Shown here: positions 38,746 through 55,132 of the stretch, piece after piece
Layout of the letters: every line of letters begins with the position of its first letter
How positions within the stretch are numbered: the stretch's first letter is position 1
Assembly: GCA_973895155.1 (NCBI GenBank)
Contig: OZ316896.1
Location: forward strand, 23,083,722 to 23,147,721
DNA from: Marsupella aquatica
Lineage: Eukaryota; Plantae; Marchantiophyta
Reading direction: 5' to 3'
Length of the DNA stretch: 64,000 nt
Position numbers and translations under genes: made by a program
The notes under the pieces: generated by a model
What the model saw: only the letters and a program-made list of their open reading frames with translations
Told to the model about the DNA's origin: nothing
The model's database searches: none

Positions 38746-39661
38746 GCCCTCTGCTCTCACTCATAAGTTAGTCGCTTGGGGTGCGGCCGTGTATCATTTG
38801 CGAGTATTTCTCGGTTGGGGTCCAAAATTTTATTGGCAGAAGTGGTCCGGGGGTGGCAGGATCCCAGAAACATATATAAGGGGACTAGAAGTCTTCGAGG
38901 TGAGTGAGAGGCGGCCCCGCATGGGAAACAACAAAAGCATGGGTGACAATGACCAAAGAAAGGATGGGCCATCCCTTTGGGAAGAGGGCGATGGGGGAGA
39001 TATCTAGAGCCTTTGGGTGTCCCAATATATTGAGGTAATTTGAAGGGGTGACAGCCACATCCCCTTGGGGACAGCCATGGGAATGGGTGACCTCCCCCCC
39101 CCCAAAATGTGACCGTTGTCCAAAAATTTCCGGAACTCTGATTTTTGGGGTCATCACCATGACTTCACCATCCTAGGATACTTTTGGGAGACCCTTTGTT
39201 TTTTGGGGTGATTGCCATGTGGAGAACCCCAATTATATTTTTGGCCCCGTTCATATTTTGGGGATTAGCATGTGACCTTAGCGGGGATCTTGGCACAAAA
39301 TTTGTGAACCCTTTTAATTTTGGTGACAAGGGGTTTGCGAATTTGCGGCATCTGGGAGATCTTTTAGTGTGTTTGCATGAGCGGAAGCAAGGTAAGAGGA
39401 TACCACAGGGGCAAGAGACATCTTGGATCGCCTTGAAAGTTGGGATTGAGGGTGAGATGAGGGGTCCCGGTAAGCAGTATCCTCGACGGATATTGGGTCC
39501 CCATGAAAGTCTCAAGTCTCTTGCAATGGTGTGGCCCAGCCGGCGTTCAATATACTTAGGGGTCTGTCAAGCTTGAATGATTTTGGGTTTTAAAAATAAT
39601 CATCCGTTTTGTGGGTTGGATGGATGCAGATGATTAAGGGGATTGGACTGTTTTGGGCAAC

Positions 39662-42600
39662 ATGAGAACTCCGGGGGAGAGATCAGAGGCAAATCGTGAG
39701 CGATATGCTCAGAACAAGGATGCAATAAATGCAAGGCGTCGCCAACAATACGCTCGACGACGGTTGCAAGTAGAGAATAGTGTGCCCCAGGTCCATGCTG
39801 AACCTGAACAAAGTGTCTCGCCCAGTGTGGGGCCCTTGGTTGCAGCAGTAGTTCCCACACCATGTGTACCAACTACGACGGGACAACTGCGACGGGAAGC
39901 AAGGGCTGTACAAGGGGCATCAGCAACATCATTGGCACCCATTCAGGAGAAAACTTTGGGCCTATTGCAGTGTCTGGCCGTGCAAGTAGTGTGAGACAAT
40001 TGCTTTGTGAAGCAAGAGCGATGCACCAGGGTTCAGCCAGATCCATGGCCATCACAGCCAGTCAAGAGGGTGCCCCGAGTGCCTTCGACGCATGTGAGAC
40101 CGAACACCCTTTGGAGCAATTTGTTCTTACCCCTCCATGTGAGCCCGCAACCAACAATGAGCCCAGAGATCCCAATGTCTTTGATGAAGATTGGCTCATT
40201 CATGGTGCTTTACAGGATGGAGCTAACTCGATGTGTGTCATTTCGTCTTGTGAATCAATACCAAATAGTGTACGAGTTGACCCTGACATCTTTGACGAGG
40301 ATTGGCTCATTGATGGTGCCTTGCATGGGGCAGCGGGTCCTGTTGTTGACGATGGTGGTGGTCACTTTGACACGTTTGTTGAGGGCACCTTACATTTGTC
40401 AGATGAAGAGGGGGAACAAGACATTGATGATATCCTCCAACAAGAATTGGGAGGGAGTAACCTTGCACCGGTTACCCCGGCTCAACCCAGTGCAGAAGAT
40501 ATTTTGAGAGAGTGTTGAAGATTGGAGCAGATACAAAGTTTGCCAAAGGCACGACAACCTTTGGATCCTGCGATGGGACGACATGTTTTGGGACGGATGA
40601 ACATTGAGTGTCCATGTTGTAAAGCTCTTCATTGGATTGAAGAGTGCAAGTTTGGAACGCAATGCCATCCGTGCTTCACGATGTGTTGTGCCAATGGGAA
40701 GGTGGATTTGCCTCCAATTGGTGCTCCTCCGAAGCCTTTGCGGAGTTTGTTGACCGGAAGTAACGCTGTGGCTACAACCTTTCGGAAGAATATTAGAGGG
40801 TACAATAATGCCTTGGCATTTACATCGATAGGTGTTAAAATTGATGAAAGGGGGGGTAATCAGGGTCCGTATTCATTTCGCATACAAGGAGCTTTATATC
40901 ATCGGGCCGGCAGCCTCTTACCGCCTGATGGAGAGGGTCCCAAGTTTTCTCAACTCTATATTCATGACACGGGGAATGAGTTGGGCAACAGGTATTTTGC
41001 ACAACTTGAACCATCTTCCTCTTATGACGCACCATCTTCCTCTTATGACGCATTTTTGTTTGCAACAAGTTGAGTCTCATTGGATTTTATGTTGGGTTGC
41101 AGGATGAATCGCATGCCGCAATTGGATGAGGCGGTGCTTGCTTCTTTGCAAGAAATGCTCCATACACACAACCCTTATGTGCGGATGTTCAAAAATGCCG
41201 GGAGCCGCATTGATGACACTGAGGTGCCAGAGGTTTTGCTGCGTATTGTAGCTGAACGTGACACCGACCCAAGACGTTACAATAAACCCACGGCGGATGA
41301 GATTGGTGTGATCATGGTTGGGGCTGAGGATATTGAAACATGTGGTCGAGATATTATCCTAAGGACAAGGGATGGGGGCCTACGTAGGATTTTGGAGTGG
41401 CATAGGTCCTATGCTCCTCTCCATTATGTCTTACTCTTTCCGCATGGTCAAGACGGGTGGTCTTATGACATCCCATTGGTGGGCCATGAATTTCAAGATG
41501 GGGTCATTGTGGCAGTTGAACCCCAAGCAAGGGGTGGACGCAATGGCTCCAAAAAGGTTACACAACTACAATACTATGCATACTTGCTACACGCAAGGCG
41601 AGGTGATGATTGGTTGCTTCGTGGAGGGCGATTGCTAAAGCAATATATTGTGGATGCATATGTATGCATAGATCAAACGCGACTGACCTATATTCGCAAC
41701 AATAAAAAAAGTTGCGCACAGAACTATATCAAGGGCTTCAAGATGCAGTTCAAGACGGAGATGCACGTGCAAGTGATGTGGGTAGGACCTATATTTTGCC
41801 ATCCTCATATGGGGGTAGCGCCCGCAATATGATGCAGGCATACCAAGACGCCATGGCCATTGTACGCACGTATGGTCCCCCTAACCTTTTTACCACATTT
41901 ACGTGCAATCCTAAATGGCCAGAAGTCAAAGCGGAGTGCTACCCCTATCAGACCCCGGCCGACCGGGATGACATTGTTGCTCGAGTGTTCAAACTCAAAT
42001 TGAAGGCACTTTTGGCGGATATTCGTGCAGTGGTCTTAGGTAGACCTGTTGCCTCTATGTATGTCATCAAGTTTCAAAAGAGGGGTTTGCCGCATGCCCA
42101 CATTTTGATCATATTGGTTGAACGCCATAAACTACGCACGCCGGAGTTGGTGGACCAATTAGTTTCTGCAGAGATACCGGATGTGAGGGTGTATCCGCAA
42201 TTATTTCAGACTATAACAAAATGCATGACGCATGGACCGTGTGGTCGGGGGTACCCCAACTCGCCTTGCATGGTCGACGGACAGTGTAGCAAGGGCTACC
42301 CGAGACCATTTTCAGTTGAAATAGTTTTTGGGGATGATGGGTATCCCATGTATCGACGTCGAGATGATGGACGCAATTTCACAAAGGACAGAAGCGGGTT
42401 TGAGTTTGATAATAGGTGGGTTGTTCCTCACAGTCCATATTTGAGCATGAAATACAATGCTCATATTAACGTGGAGATATGTTGCTCTATCAAAGCCATT
42501 AAGTACTTATATAAGTACTGCTACAAAGGGCATGAAAAGCAACAGTGGAGGTAGAGCAGCGTGATGAAATAAAAGAGCATTTAGATGCTAGGTATGTTTC

Positions 42601-44850
42601 TGCTGCAGAAGGAGTATGGCGGATTAATCAGTTTGAAATGTCAGAGAGTAGTACTTCGGTGCAACGGCTACAAGTGCATTGTGAGGGGGAACAATTGATT
42701 ATGTTTCATGAAGATTCTGAGATCATTGATGTGGTCCAACAAGAATCTCATAGGGATACAACTCTAACTGGGTGGTTCAAAGCAAACGCTTTGCATGAAC
42801 ATGCAAGACAGATTCTGTATACAAACTTTCCTCATGACTTTGTATGGAATCCGACAATACGTGCATGGACTCCTCGAAGAAGGGGGTTTAGCATTGGAAG
42901 GATGTATTTTGTGCCACCTGCTGCGGGGGAACGATACTACTTGCGAGCACTTCTACTTCATGTCAAAGGTGCAACATCATTCCTTGACCTTAGAACTTTT
43001 GAGGGCATTGTATACCCAACTTTTCAGGCAACGGCTCTTGCTCGGGGTTTGTACGAGAATGATGAAGAATGGGATAGATGTCTTCGAGAAGCGGCAGGTA
43101 TGCAGACGGGTGCACAACTTCGACAACTATTTATCACAATCATGTTATTTGGAGGTGTTGCTAGACCGTGCGACCTATGGACCCAACATGCATCCAATTT
43201 GAGCGATGATTGTTGCTATCGTCTGCGTTCAATGGGTTTTTTGGATCCCACTGAGGAGCAACAACAGAGCTTTGCCCTATATTTGATCGACGAGGCTTTA
43301 AAAAGTATTGGTAAAACATTGTTGGCGTTTGGTCTTCTGGTTCCAAGTATGCAATTTTTTGAAGAACCGGAAAACAGGAATCGCTTGATACGAGAGGAGA
43401 CATGCTACCCGATTGATGCACTTCTTCAACAACTTGCAGAACAGGAGCCATTGTTAAACGACGGCCAAAGGGCAGCCTACACTACAATACTTGCAGCGGT
43501 GAGGGCTCGAGATGGAGGAACATTTTTTGTTGATGGGCCAGGGGGGACGGGAAAAACATTTGTCGATAATATTCTATTGAGGAGAGTGCGTGCAGATGGG
43601 GAGGTGGCATTGGCTGTGGCTTCCTCAGGTATTGCAGGTCTTTTGTTAGATGGAGGGCGCACTGCCCATTCGCGATTCAAGCTTCCGTTGAAACCGATCT
43701 CAACGTCAACATGTGCTGTTCAAAAACAATCTGACCTTGGTGGGTTGTTACGGAGGGCGACTTTTATCTTATGGGATGAAGCACCCATGATCCATCGGCA
43801 TGGAGTTGAGGCGTTGGATAGAACGCTACGTGACATACGAGATTGTGACCAAATTTTTGGAGGAGTTGTGGTTGTGTTTGCAGGAGATTTTTGACAAGTA
43901 CTTCCTGTGAAGGCAAGGGCCAGTCGTCCGGAGATTGTGGAGTCGTGTTTGAAGAAATCTTACATCTGGAGTAGTATACAAACGTACAAACTAACAGAGA
44001 ATATGCGGGCAAGAGGAACATTGGCATCTCCTGAGTTTGGCAATCTTACATTTGCAGAGTGGCTTCTTGCATTGGGCGATGACAAACTCCCAAAGGAGGG
44101 ACCTTCAAATAACCTTATTAAATGTCCGGAGTCTATGGTGGTGGAGGGAGGACGTGTGGAATCTTTGATTAGTGCAATCTACCCATCTCTTTTGAACGTG
44201 GATGATAAGTTCTTAAGCGAGAGGACTATCCTAGCACCAACCAACGACGATGCGCTCAAAATCAACAATTGCATTCTAGAAGAACTTCATGGGGAGTCAA
44301 AGGAGTTTTTAAGCGTCGATCGTCCGGATCAACTAGAAGGGGAGAATTTTTATCCTACGGAGTTCTTGAACACGCTAACACCGAGTGGTTTACCACCTCA
44401 CAAGCTGGTACTGAAGGTTGGATGCCCTATAATCTTGCTAAGGAATATAGATCACTCGCTTGGATTATGTAATGGCACAAGGCTCATTGTGAGATCCATG
44501 AATCATCGTGTCATTGAGGCACGAGTCCTTGCAGGAAAATATGCCGGAACTATAACGTTCATCCCACGCATTCCGTTAACGTCTGATGAATCACTTCCTT
44601 TTATATTACGTAGGGTCCAATTTCCAATCCGAGTGGCATTTGCAATGACCATCAACAAGGCTCAAGGTCAAACTTTAGAACATGTAGGGTTGCAACTTTC
44701 AAAACCTGTTTTTAGTCACGGCCAGTTGTATGTAGCAAATGTTCTCAAGAGCAACATCGCCTAGAAGTATTAAGGTTTTGCTTCCAGATTCTGAGGAGGG
44801 TCATGCAAGGTTGACCAAAAATGTTGTATATGATGAAGTTCTTTATTGAA
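39662..44850 (+). pseudogene. Helitron Rep/PIF1 helicase (RepHel), disrupted
   Basis: Zn motif CPCCKALHW...CCANGKV; intron ~40991-41102; Rep motifs LFTTFTCNPKW, VIKFQKRGLPHAHIL, KYLYKYCYKG; helicase motifs GPGGTGKTF, DEAPM, FAGDF*Q, AMTINKAQGQT. Stops at 40516 and 43892; frameshifts at ~39990, ~41705, ~42540 and ~44740. Confidence 0.92.
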
Positions 44851-45039
44851 CACGAATAAAGTTGGCATGCATATGGTATCAATTATCTTCATGTATTTGC
44901 ATTTAAGCATGTTATGTATTTCATCTTCATCATGTTTGCCATATCCCATGACATCTTTTTTCCAGACCTTGACCTTTGTGCCTCACTTAAACATCTTTTC
45001 TCTTATGGACATATTTTGCTCATCTCAATATCTTTTGCT

Positions 45040-45510
45040 CATCTCAACATCTTTTTATCACTCGACATCTTCTCATCACCTCGACATCTTTTCATCACTT
45101 GAGTCTTTTGATCACCTTGACATCTTTTTACACCTCAACATCTTTTATCACCTCGACATCTTTTATCACTCGACATCTTTTTATCACTCGACATCCTTTT
45201 ATCACCTCAACATATTTATATCACCTCGACATATTTATATCACTCGACATCTGTTTATCACTCGACATCCTTTTATCACCTTGACATCCTTTTATCACCT
45301 CGACATATTTATATTACTCGACATCTTTTATCACTCGACATCTTTTTATCACTCGACATCCTTTTATCACCTCAACATATTTATATCACCTCGACATATT
45401 TATATCACTCGACATCTGTTTATCACTCGACATCCTTTTATCACCTTGACATCCTTTTATCACCTCGACATATTTATATTACTCGACATCTTTTTACCAC
45501 TCGACATCTT
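45040..45510 (+). repeat. Helitron subterminal tandem repeat (~19-20 bp)
   Basis: TTTTATCAC(C)TCGACATC repeated more than 20 times. The 44846-45601 ORF is an artefact of this repeat. Confidence 0.9.
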
Positions 45511-47798
45511 TCGTGCAACGCACGGGCATGGGGCTAGTCTTCTCATATACGATGTCAGATCAGTATCATCTCTTATACTTTGTATTTTACTAATAAAATG
45601 AGCATATCATTTGACATACCTGGTCAATCAATCCAAGGGTACAAAAAAATCTTTGAAAGAATCTGACGGCTCGGGTTTGTTCCCTCCATTTCTGAATTTG
45701 TAAGCAGACGAAAGAGCTTTTTGGCGGCATTGCATATTATAGAAGTAGATACTCTGTCATGCAATTATGGGGAAAACACAAATCCACTATAGGGGCTTGC
45801 CTAACAAAGCCCCTGACTTTGGAGTTCAAAGGCTCCCAAGGAAGCTTTGAATTAGATTCATTTCTGCAACACCAAGGAGGGTTTGGACTTAGTTTAAATT
45901 AGTGCCATCCTTCACAAACAATAATTTGTGTTATTTAGGGTGGAGAATGACCTGTTGATAGACAAGAAGACATTGGATGATCATGAAGTAAGGCACGTGA
46001 CAATTGCAATTTAGGTAAAAGGGACTAATCGGAAAGCTCTCACAATAGTATTGATTGTTACTTATGAGACATCCTACTGATAGAGATATCATGAGTGGAA
46101 AAATACGGTTGAATATTTTCTGGGTTGAATATTGTTTGTCCAACAAATGCAATCCCATCACACACAAACATAGGAAAGAAGGTTCAATGTGAATTGAAAC
46201 AAAAAAATTCAATGTCCACACTTATCACCATAGGAGAGGCAACACTAACTAAGGGAGCATTGCCAGCCCAGGCTTGAAGCTCCAACTTGCTTCTCCTTCC
46301 CAAGTTTGAAGTTGTTGAAGTTCGCTGCTGTTGAATTGCCATTCTTGCTGAAACTCATTGTTGCTTCTACCATCTTGTTTTGCTGCTAGGTTCTTTGTGT
46401 GCATTTGTACTGCTAGCTTTTTTGTGTGCATTTTTGCTGCAAAATGTTCTATAATCCTCAAGTACTTGCTACCACCATTGGTCTCGCACTTCTGTGCCGA
46501 TAGGTAAGTGTCGACACCCTTTCTCGAGTACTCTACTCTAGTGTTTCCTTGTTATTGAGCCTGCAAGGATTTGTCCAGGAATTTCTGTCTACCGTTGTTA
46601 GAGCACTTCTACTTCAGCTTGATCGCTGCTAGTTCGCAAGCTGCTCAAGCTCGCTCACTGCTGCAGGTCTTGCCATTGTTGCAGAGCCCATAAACATCAT
46701 TGTTGAAGCTTGATCCTGCTGAAGGTTGCGAGCTGCTCAAGCTCGCTCACTCTTGCAAGTGAAGCCTCTCATTGGTTTTGGCCTTGTGCTGTTGCTGCGA
46801 CTTGTGCTACTGTTCAACCTATATTGTTCGAATCAGCCTAAATTGTTCAACCTATGCCGTGTGGGACTCTTGGGACCTCTTAATTTTATCCGTTTGCTAT
46901 GGAGATCTTTGGGGCGCTACACCCATCCTTTGATTGGTTCCTACGTTCTTGTGCAGTTCGTCAAGTGGAGGCCTTCACTCCTGGTGTCTGTCATCATGAC
47001 ATTTTTTAGATAAATGGTGTCTATTGCGCTTCCGCGGGCACATGTGTTCACTATTCTTTGTAGGGGTGAGGCTGTTGGTCTTAGGGCCTATAGTAGGATT
47101 CCTTTGCTTGACCCTCCTATGTAGTTCACACCGGAGCTCTTCAGTTTGCGGATCCGTAAACTTTGCGATTTTGGTTTTTGGGTCCGCGGTAATTCTTTTG
47201 TTTCATTGCTTCCTGGCCTTCTGGTTGTCCCCCTTGATTGGGTCTTTTGCCTGAGGTTGAGCACCCTTTGTTTTTGACACTCTGAAATATATCACTGGTT
47301 TAGAGGCCAGGTTACTAACTAGAATTTGTTTGGGGGTAGGGTAGGAAAACACAGTTAAAAAAATAGGGATGCCTTAGTGCATCCAACGAGAATCGCACTA
47401 ATTAATTGTTCTTGTTGCTAATTAAACGAGATGTTAAGCGTGATTGTCGTAATGATACGTTCCTATCCGACGAGGTTAGGGTTCCATCTCATCTCATGCG
47501 ACTCGAGTTTATATGTCGGACATTGAAACTGGACCTTCCTTTTCTCAGGTTTTCTCGTCGTCACCTTCCACCTTCCTTCTCGCGACCGGAATTGCGTGAG
47601 CTCACGCAATTGCACTTGGCCATCGATCTGCATGTAACCTTCGCGAATTGGATCATACTTGTGGTAAGTCCCCATTCCCAGCACCTCCTCACGCACAGAA
47701 TGAACTCCGAAAAGCTCGTCAAAACCCTAGTTTGTCCTTCTCTCACCTCGACTGTTTCGCGCAGGATGAAATTGTCGACGTTCTGGTGGATTGAATAG

Positions 47799-49444
<1,646 letters not shown>

Positions 49445-52400
49445 AAATATGAGCGACAAGGATTTCCGATTCTAGTATCAAGTCATGGTTAATTATAACT
49501 CTTCAACTTGCAATTTATCGTTCTCTAGATTTTGATCCAGGCATCGGTATGTTCCCGAAGGTTATTTTTGACTGCCTGATGCCCCCGAGTGAGTATGTCT
49601 CCTGCGCAACGCATAATTTACGTTGATTACTGACGATATTGTCGATATGCACGGAAGATGGCCAATACCTCGTGCCCGGGGTTTCTCTTTTTAGGCCCAG
49701 ATGCGTTGCACTTGAGCGGCCTCACCTATTGTCATTCCACAGCTGTTCTCTTTAGGTTCCACAAAATTCTGCGAACACGTCCAGAGACCTGATAGTTGTG
49801 GAGATTGTCTCTTAATTTCATCTTGGGATGGTGCGCTATAGCCGTGGCAGCTAGGTTGGTATGTTTGGCCAGCGGTATTATGTCTGCTGATTTCTCATCG
49901 GCCTTGCTGAGTTTCTCAGAGTCTTTCATCCTGCACCCTCGATTTGTACATTTCTGTGCATTTGCTTTGTAAGTGTGCGTTGGAACATGGTCTCAGGTCA
50001 TCTCTAGGTTCATGACTGCTTAAGTCAAATTTGCGTAGGCATAACAGGAGCAGTTTCGAGGATTTCATTCAGCGGTCCCCTTAATGATGCATGAAATAGA
50101 CAATTCTTTTATCGTAAAGCAATCTGCCTCCTGAGCACATAATTCTCGTCGGTGCTTAAACCATCCTTGGCAGAAATCTCCTAAAAGTCTCTTGTAGGAG
50201 AAACTGTTGTCCTAGCAGTAAAGTACTGCTACCAGTTTTATAGACCTTGTTTTGCTTAAAGAAAGTGAAAGCTTAAGTTTCATCTATTCCAAAGAAAGCA
50301 AAGGCCAACTCAATGCTCATTAACATAGTTGGCGGATATGATTGTTGGCCTCGTAGATTAGAGAGCGAAGGTGCTTACTATAACTGTGATCTACTAGTGG
50401 AGTCTTGCCACACAGGAATTAGATGGCTGATATCTGGATCTGAATACTGTGAACTGATTCTGAACTGAGTCGGGTAGTCTAAAGAGCGGTAAAGACTAGA
50501 AACTTAGAATGAAGAAAAAATCATTGCGAGCCCTTCATTAAAAATAAACCTGGAGGATGATCAATATGAAAGAGACTTACTTTCTGTGGTCATGGTTTGT
50601 CAACTGGGGCCCGGCCATGGCCATATATCCACCAGTACTAACATAATTACGTAGGAAGTCGAGGTGGATGTGTTATGTTTAACTCAATGTTGTAGCTTTT
50701 ACTCTTTTCAGTGCCTGAAGAAAGAGGGTGTTTGTTGCATTACGATTGCTCAAGAATTCACTATATCTGTGTTGGTTTTACGGCATTGTTTTTTGTCACC
50801 ATCCTATGCAACTTACTGCTGAGCTTTACCTGGCATTTTAATTTACTAGTGAGTAGGCTGAGAGTCCTCCCCGAGGGCAGTGAGCGAGAGGGGGAAGAAC
50901 CTGGGGGAAGAACCTGAGACCTCCGAGTGCCCTGGGTTCACAAGCATATGAGCCATGGGGAGCCATCTTGGATGAGTTTGTGAGGTCCTTAGTTTTCCAG
51001 TCCTTCAACTCCACAGATGGCAGTAACATATTGACTGAGAGGAACCCTACTTGTCAGGTAGGGCTTATGACATACAAACTGGAAACCCAATGGCAAGGGC
51101 TCGAAACTTTTAGTCTTTGAGTTGTGTCCTTTAAGATCAGAATAAAACAGACAACATAGTCCTTTAAAATCAGAATAAAATAGACAACACGGTCAAACAA
51201 AACAATACAACCAAAAATTAGAAGAGAAGGAACGAAACAATACCAAAAAAAAAAGATAAGAGAAGGATTTCGTGCACTTCACAAGTCACAGGACAAGGAG
51301 AATATAAATGGTGCAATTCAGGTAGTGGTAAGGGCCCCTATTTTTTAGGACAGTGGAGATGCTTTTTTTTAGGAAGTCCCTAAATCCCGACTACAGTTTA
51401 CTCTGATTCTTCACCTGAAAGTTGGGTATGAAAATGGATAACCTGGGGCTAGCAGGAGGACCAAAATCTCATAACCATCCATAGAAATGATACAAATAAA
51501 AACAGACAAGAGATTGGGGGACTTATGAGGTGACAAGTTGTCGTCCATTGGAAAACCTGTAGTCTGGGCACACGACAGCCTTCCGCTCAATAGGAAAGCT
51601 GGTGATAAGCTGGACACCAGGTGCATGCTAAAGTTACGAGCATCTAGACTACACGAAGACAAATGGATGATCGATAATGTCAAAGGGCAATGTTTAATTG
51701 ACACTCAGTTCAACGAGCTCTTGGGATACGATGCCATGCTGCGAAATTGATTCGAGGTGAAACTGTAGTCAAGTTTACTGGTGACAATGATTGTTGATTG
51801 CTTCAAAATCTTTCCAAAAGAATTTAATCAGTGTTATGAATTCAGAGTTTTGAACTAATCCTCCAAATTTGATGATTGCGGACATAAATCATCCGTCGAC
51901 TAGCTATGCTCATGAAACAATAGTTATCTCGATTGTAGCGATGATCAGGGTATGTAGAATCGGATCTGGTTCGCTTGATATGTCGTAACTGAGCAAGTGT
52001 AGAAGACGACGCTCTACCTAGCGACTGATGGAGAAAGATGATACGTATCGCGTCTACAGCAGCGTCGTCATCCACATGATTGTGATCGGGAGACTAGTGA
52101 TTCATGCTTGAATATTAATTTATAGTGGTTTTCATCTTTACTAACCACATATGTCCATCAGTCAAAGCTGCAACGCATGACTGTCGAAGTGAGTTTCAAA
52201 ATCAGCTAGCAAATCGAAATCTGGAAGCCCACTCTCTGAACTTGACGATCTAACATCCAAGAGGATGGTACCTGAAGGGGTACCAGAAGAGACAGACCGA
52301 GACTGCGTTGCGTAAATCGATTCATAAATGAATCAATTCATAAAACATAATAAGAATTGTGTACCGCGCATTATACGGTGGTCAATTCAACAAACCAGTG

Positions 52401-55132
52401 CGTCAGCAGTCGCTCGAACGGTCGTTCACCGCCAACCTGTTGTACGTGTACAGGACCTAGGTGCTTGCCCAGTACGGCTACGATCAGGGTTTCATCGATC
52501 GTTCATTCAGTCTTCATGGATCGACCCACATCTGGACCTGCCAATTCCTTTCCCAAATCAATTGGGTCCGCATTGTGTCTCCAAGTCAATTCCCTTCGGA
52601 CAGAAATAGAAAACATCTACAGTCTCATCCACTAAATTAATAAAGGAACGTTTAATCATGTACATCAGGAATTGCCTTGTCATGTTTCGATTCCTGGTTA
52701 GGATACAGCAACAGGCACTGCTGTGGCACGGTATTGTCCCGGTCTAATTACAATCCTTGAGTCCTTCGTACGGTAGTTGGATACGGTCTGGTACAATTCT
52801 GTCGAATGGGTGCAGATCGCGGGATAATGTGTAGTTTACCAACAGAGCTTGAGACAATGATTTAACAGACCTCCTGGCAAACAACAGTATGTCTCTAACA
52901 TCTACTTAGCATTGTGACCCGCATGTAACTGTTATTTCAACTTTCAAGGCATAAGTTGAAAGTTGTCGAATACACCCCGACTACATAGTATTCTTCCACT
53001 GTGTACCAATTGGAGCAGCTTTTTGTTGTTGATCTGCTCAGTCCAATACAGACTCCCCAATGCAGTACTGTGCCTAAGCAACCCTAGCAGTCTGTTCACT
53101 TCTGAATTCTGGAATTCCAGCAATTGACATTTGAGTGCTCACGACCAGACGGGGCTTGGGGGTTAGCGCTTTCAAACTGCTAGCCAAGCCCAATCTAGTA
53201 CGTTGCCTCCGCTTCCATCGACCTGACCGGGGACATGACAGACAGAATAATAGCTGCGAGAATTGAAAACATACCTTTGTCCTTAACTTTGAGTTTTGTT
53301 AAGACCCCGGTTAAGACACAAGCAAAATGTGTGATATAGATAGTACTATTGAGACTCAAGTGTCTCAACCTATTGCGGACTCAGTGAGCACATCGTACTA
53401 TTGCAAGTCAGTGCAGGCTGTACGTACTTCAATCAAAACAGATAACATTGAATGCATAAGTTGAGTAACGTGGCGGTTCATATGTGGAGAATACAGTTTG
53501 TGACGTTTCACTGTTTGCAAAGATTTCACTGCTGTAGACTGCTTATGATTCAACCCGATTCCAGTTGCTAAAGACGACATACGCAAAGCTTGGCATCCAA
53601 ACGCATTGATCAATGAAAGAAATGGATTGCAACAGTGAGAGATTTCAATGAAATGAGAACTTTTCAAAGAGAGCAAATGGTTTCTGAAGCTGTAGCCCCG
53701 GCTGTAGCTACTCAATTCATTCCGATCCCTGACGCTAGATCAATTCAGTTAAATTTTATATTATTACCGGGGAGAGAAATTCAATCCAATCTTATTTGTG
53801 ACCCTGGCGCGCCGTAATATAGTTAATGTAATGAAACTAGGGAAATGAATAAATTGATTTTACAAATCCAATGAGGTTTTTTTGAGAAAAGGGGAAGACA
53901 ATTCAGTACTTTTAACAAAGCTTAGCTCAGACAACCCTTTTCTTTGATTCTAATGTTCATTGACCAGTAAGAATTCAAAAGGATAAGAAATTAAACCTTG
54001 ACACGTTAAACTATTGTAGTGCAATTTCTTCAAGAAATATTCAACTGCGTGATTGTTCTCCACTGGTAATTGAATGATTGACTTCAAATCAGTTTTGCTT
54101 TAGTTGTGATTCTTAATTCTTAAAAAGCCTACATAAGTGCAGTGCAGCTTCCAAACAATGGACCGTCTTGCACCCAGCTGCTGGGCTATGCATGCCTAAT
54201 ACAAGTATTGGAAGTAATAGGAATCAAATACGAATTTGCAGCATGAGCGAATGAATTAGAAAAGGACAATCAGTAGAACTTACACTTACATTGAGAATGT
54301 ATTCCAAATATAATATGCCAATACATCACAATTAGGATATCCAATTTGACCGCGATCCAGTTTGAGTGGATCCACCAGAACGTGATGGAATTCAAGATGT
54401 GACGTGCTCATGATAGTAAGGACTCAAGTGGAAAATGACTGCTCTTAAAGAGTGATCACATTTATTTGGTTGTTGCTAAGGGCTATAGTAAGTCTTTACA
54501 AGGGAAGTAAAGAAGAACTAAAACAGAATTCAATGTACCCACGATACTCCATGAACAATTAATTTCCTTGCTCTGAACTTAGCCTTCAGTTGGATTTATT
54601 ATTTTAACACTATATATGGTCATCTCTTTCGAGGTAAACAGACTCGATCAATTAGACATAAATGAAAGGTTGACTTTCATAGACATAGAAATTGCAGTTA
54701 TGTTTCAATCACCAGAAGCAACAGTGAGTCCGTACTTTGTAGCCCTTTTAAGTGGTTGGGTTAACAATGTTCAATGAAAACTAAGGAGGTAATTTCTCCT
54801 CACGATGGTGGGGCACCTCAGTCCGCTCCGCATTGAAAGCATATTTGCAAAGCCATTACTCCATGGCTTACAGTGACTACCATGACTAAGAATTCTCCAG
54901 GTTGTTTAAGTCGAACCAGACTCTCAGATGGGAAAGGTCAATTATATCAATCCTTCATGTATGTCTAAGAGTTGAAATTTGCTGAGCAGCAGGTCTGACT
55001 TGTGGAGAGGTAGTGTAGCTATGGATTCATTTCTGTAAAGTGAGAGCAAAGAATCATGTCCTATGGAGCTGTGCTTTTGTAATGTGGATGATTCTTCGAA
55101 TCATAAAATGGTCTTCAAACACAAGCATGTTG

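Larger units (their letters stand above)
37295..45537 (+). mobile_element. Autonomous-type Helitron (degenerate)
   Basis: A|TC 5' end at 37295. 3' hairpin CGTGCAACGCACG (45512-45524) and CTAG|T at 45534-45538. Internal RepHel gene. No TSD. Confidence 0.9.
35893..45749 (-). mobile_element. Outer non-autonomous Helitron (~1.6 kb net), interrupted by an inverted autonomous Helitron
   Basis: Minus-strand 5' end A|TCTACTTCTATAATATGC...TCGTCTGCTTACAAA at 45749 is homologous to the inner 5' end. Minus-strand 3' hairpin CGTGCAACGCACG plus GGCATAGGGCTAT at 35893-35918, with the same subterminal repeats. Confidence 0.7.

Noticed and set aside
35893-45537. Single giant TIR transposon with ~500-bp inverted ends
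   Set aside because: The ends are Helitron 3' termini and no TSD is present. Two separate TC 5' ends explain the structure as nested Helitrons.
44846-45601. 251-aa ORF (and its mirror at 35926-36384)
   Set aside because: Translation of the Helitron subterminal 19-20-bp repeat.
45780-47330. Possible solo LTR / retroelement UTR
   Set aside because: The composition is suggestive, but no TG...CA ends with TSD, PBS or coding remnant could be established.
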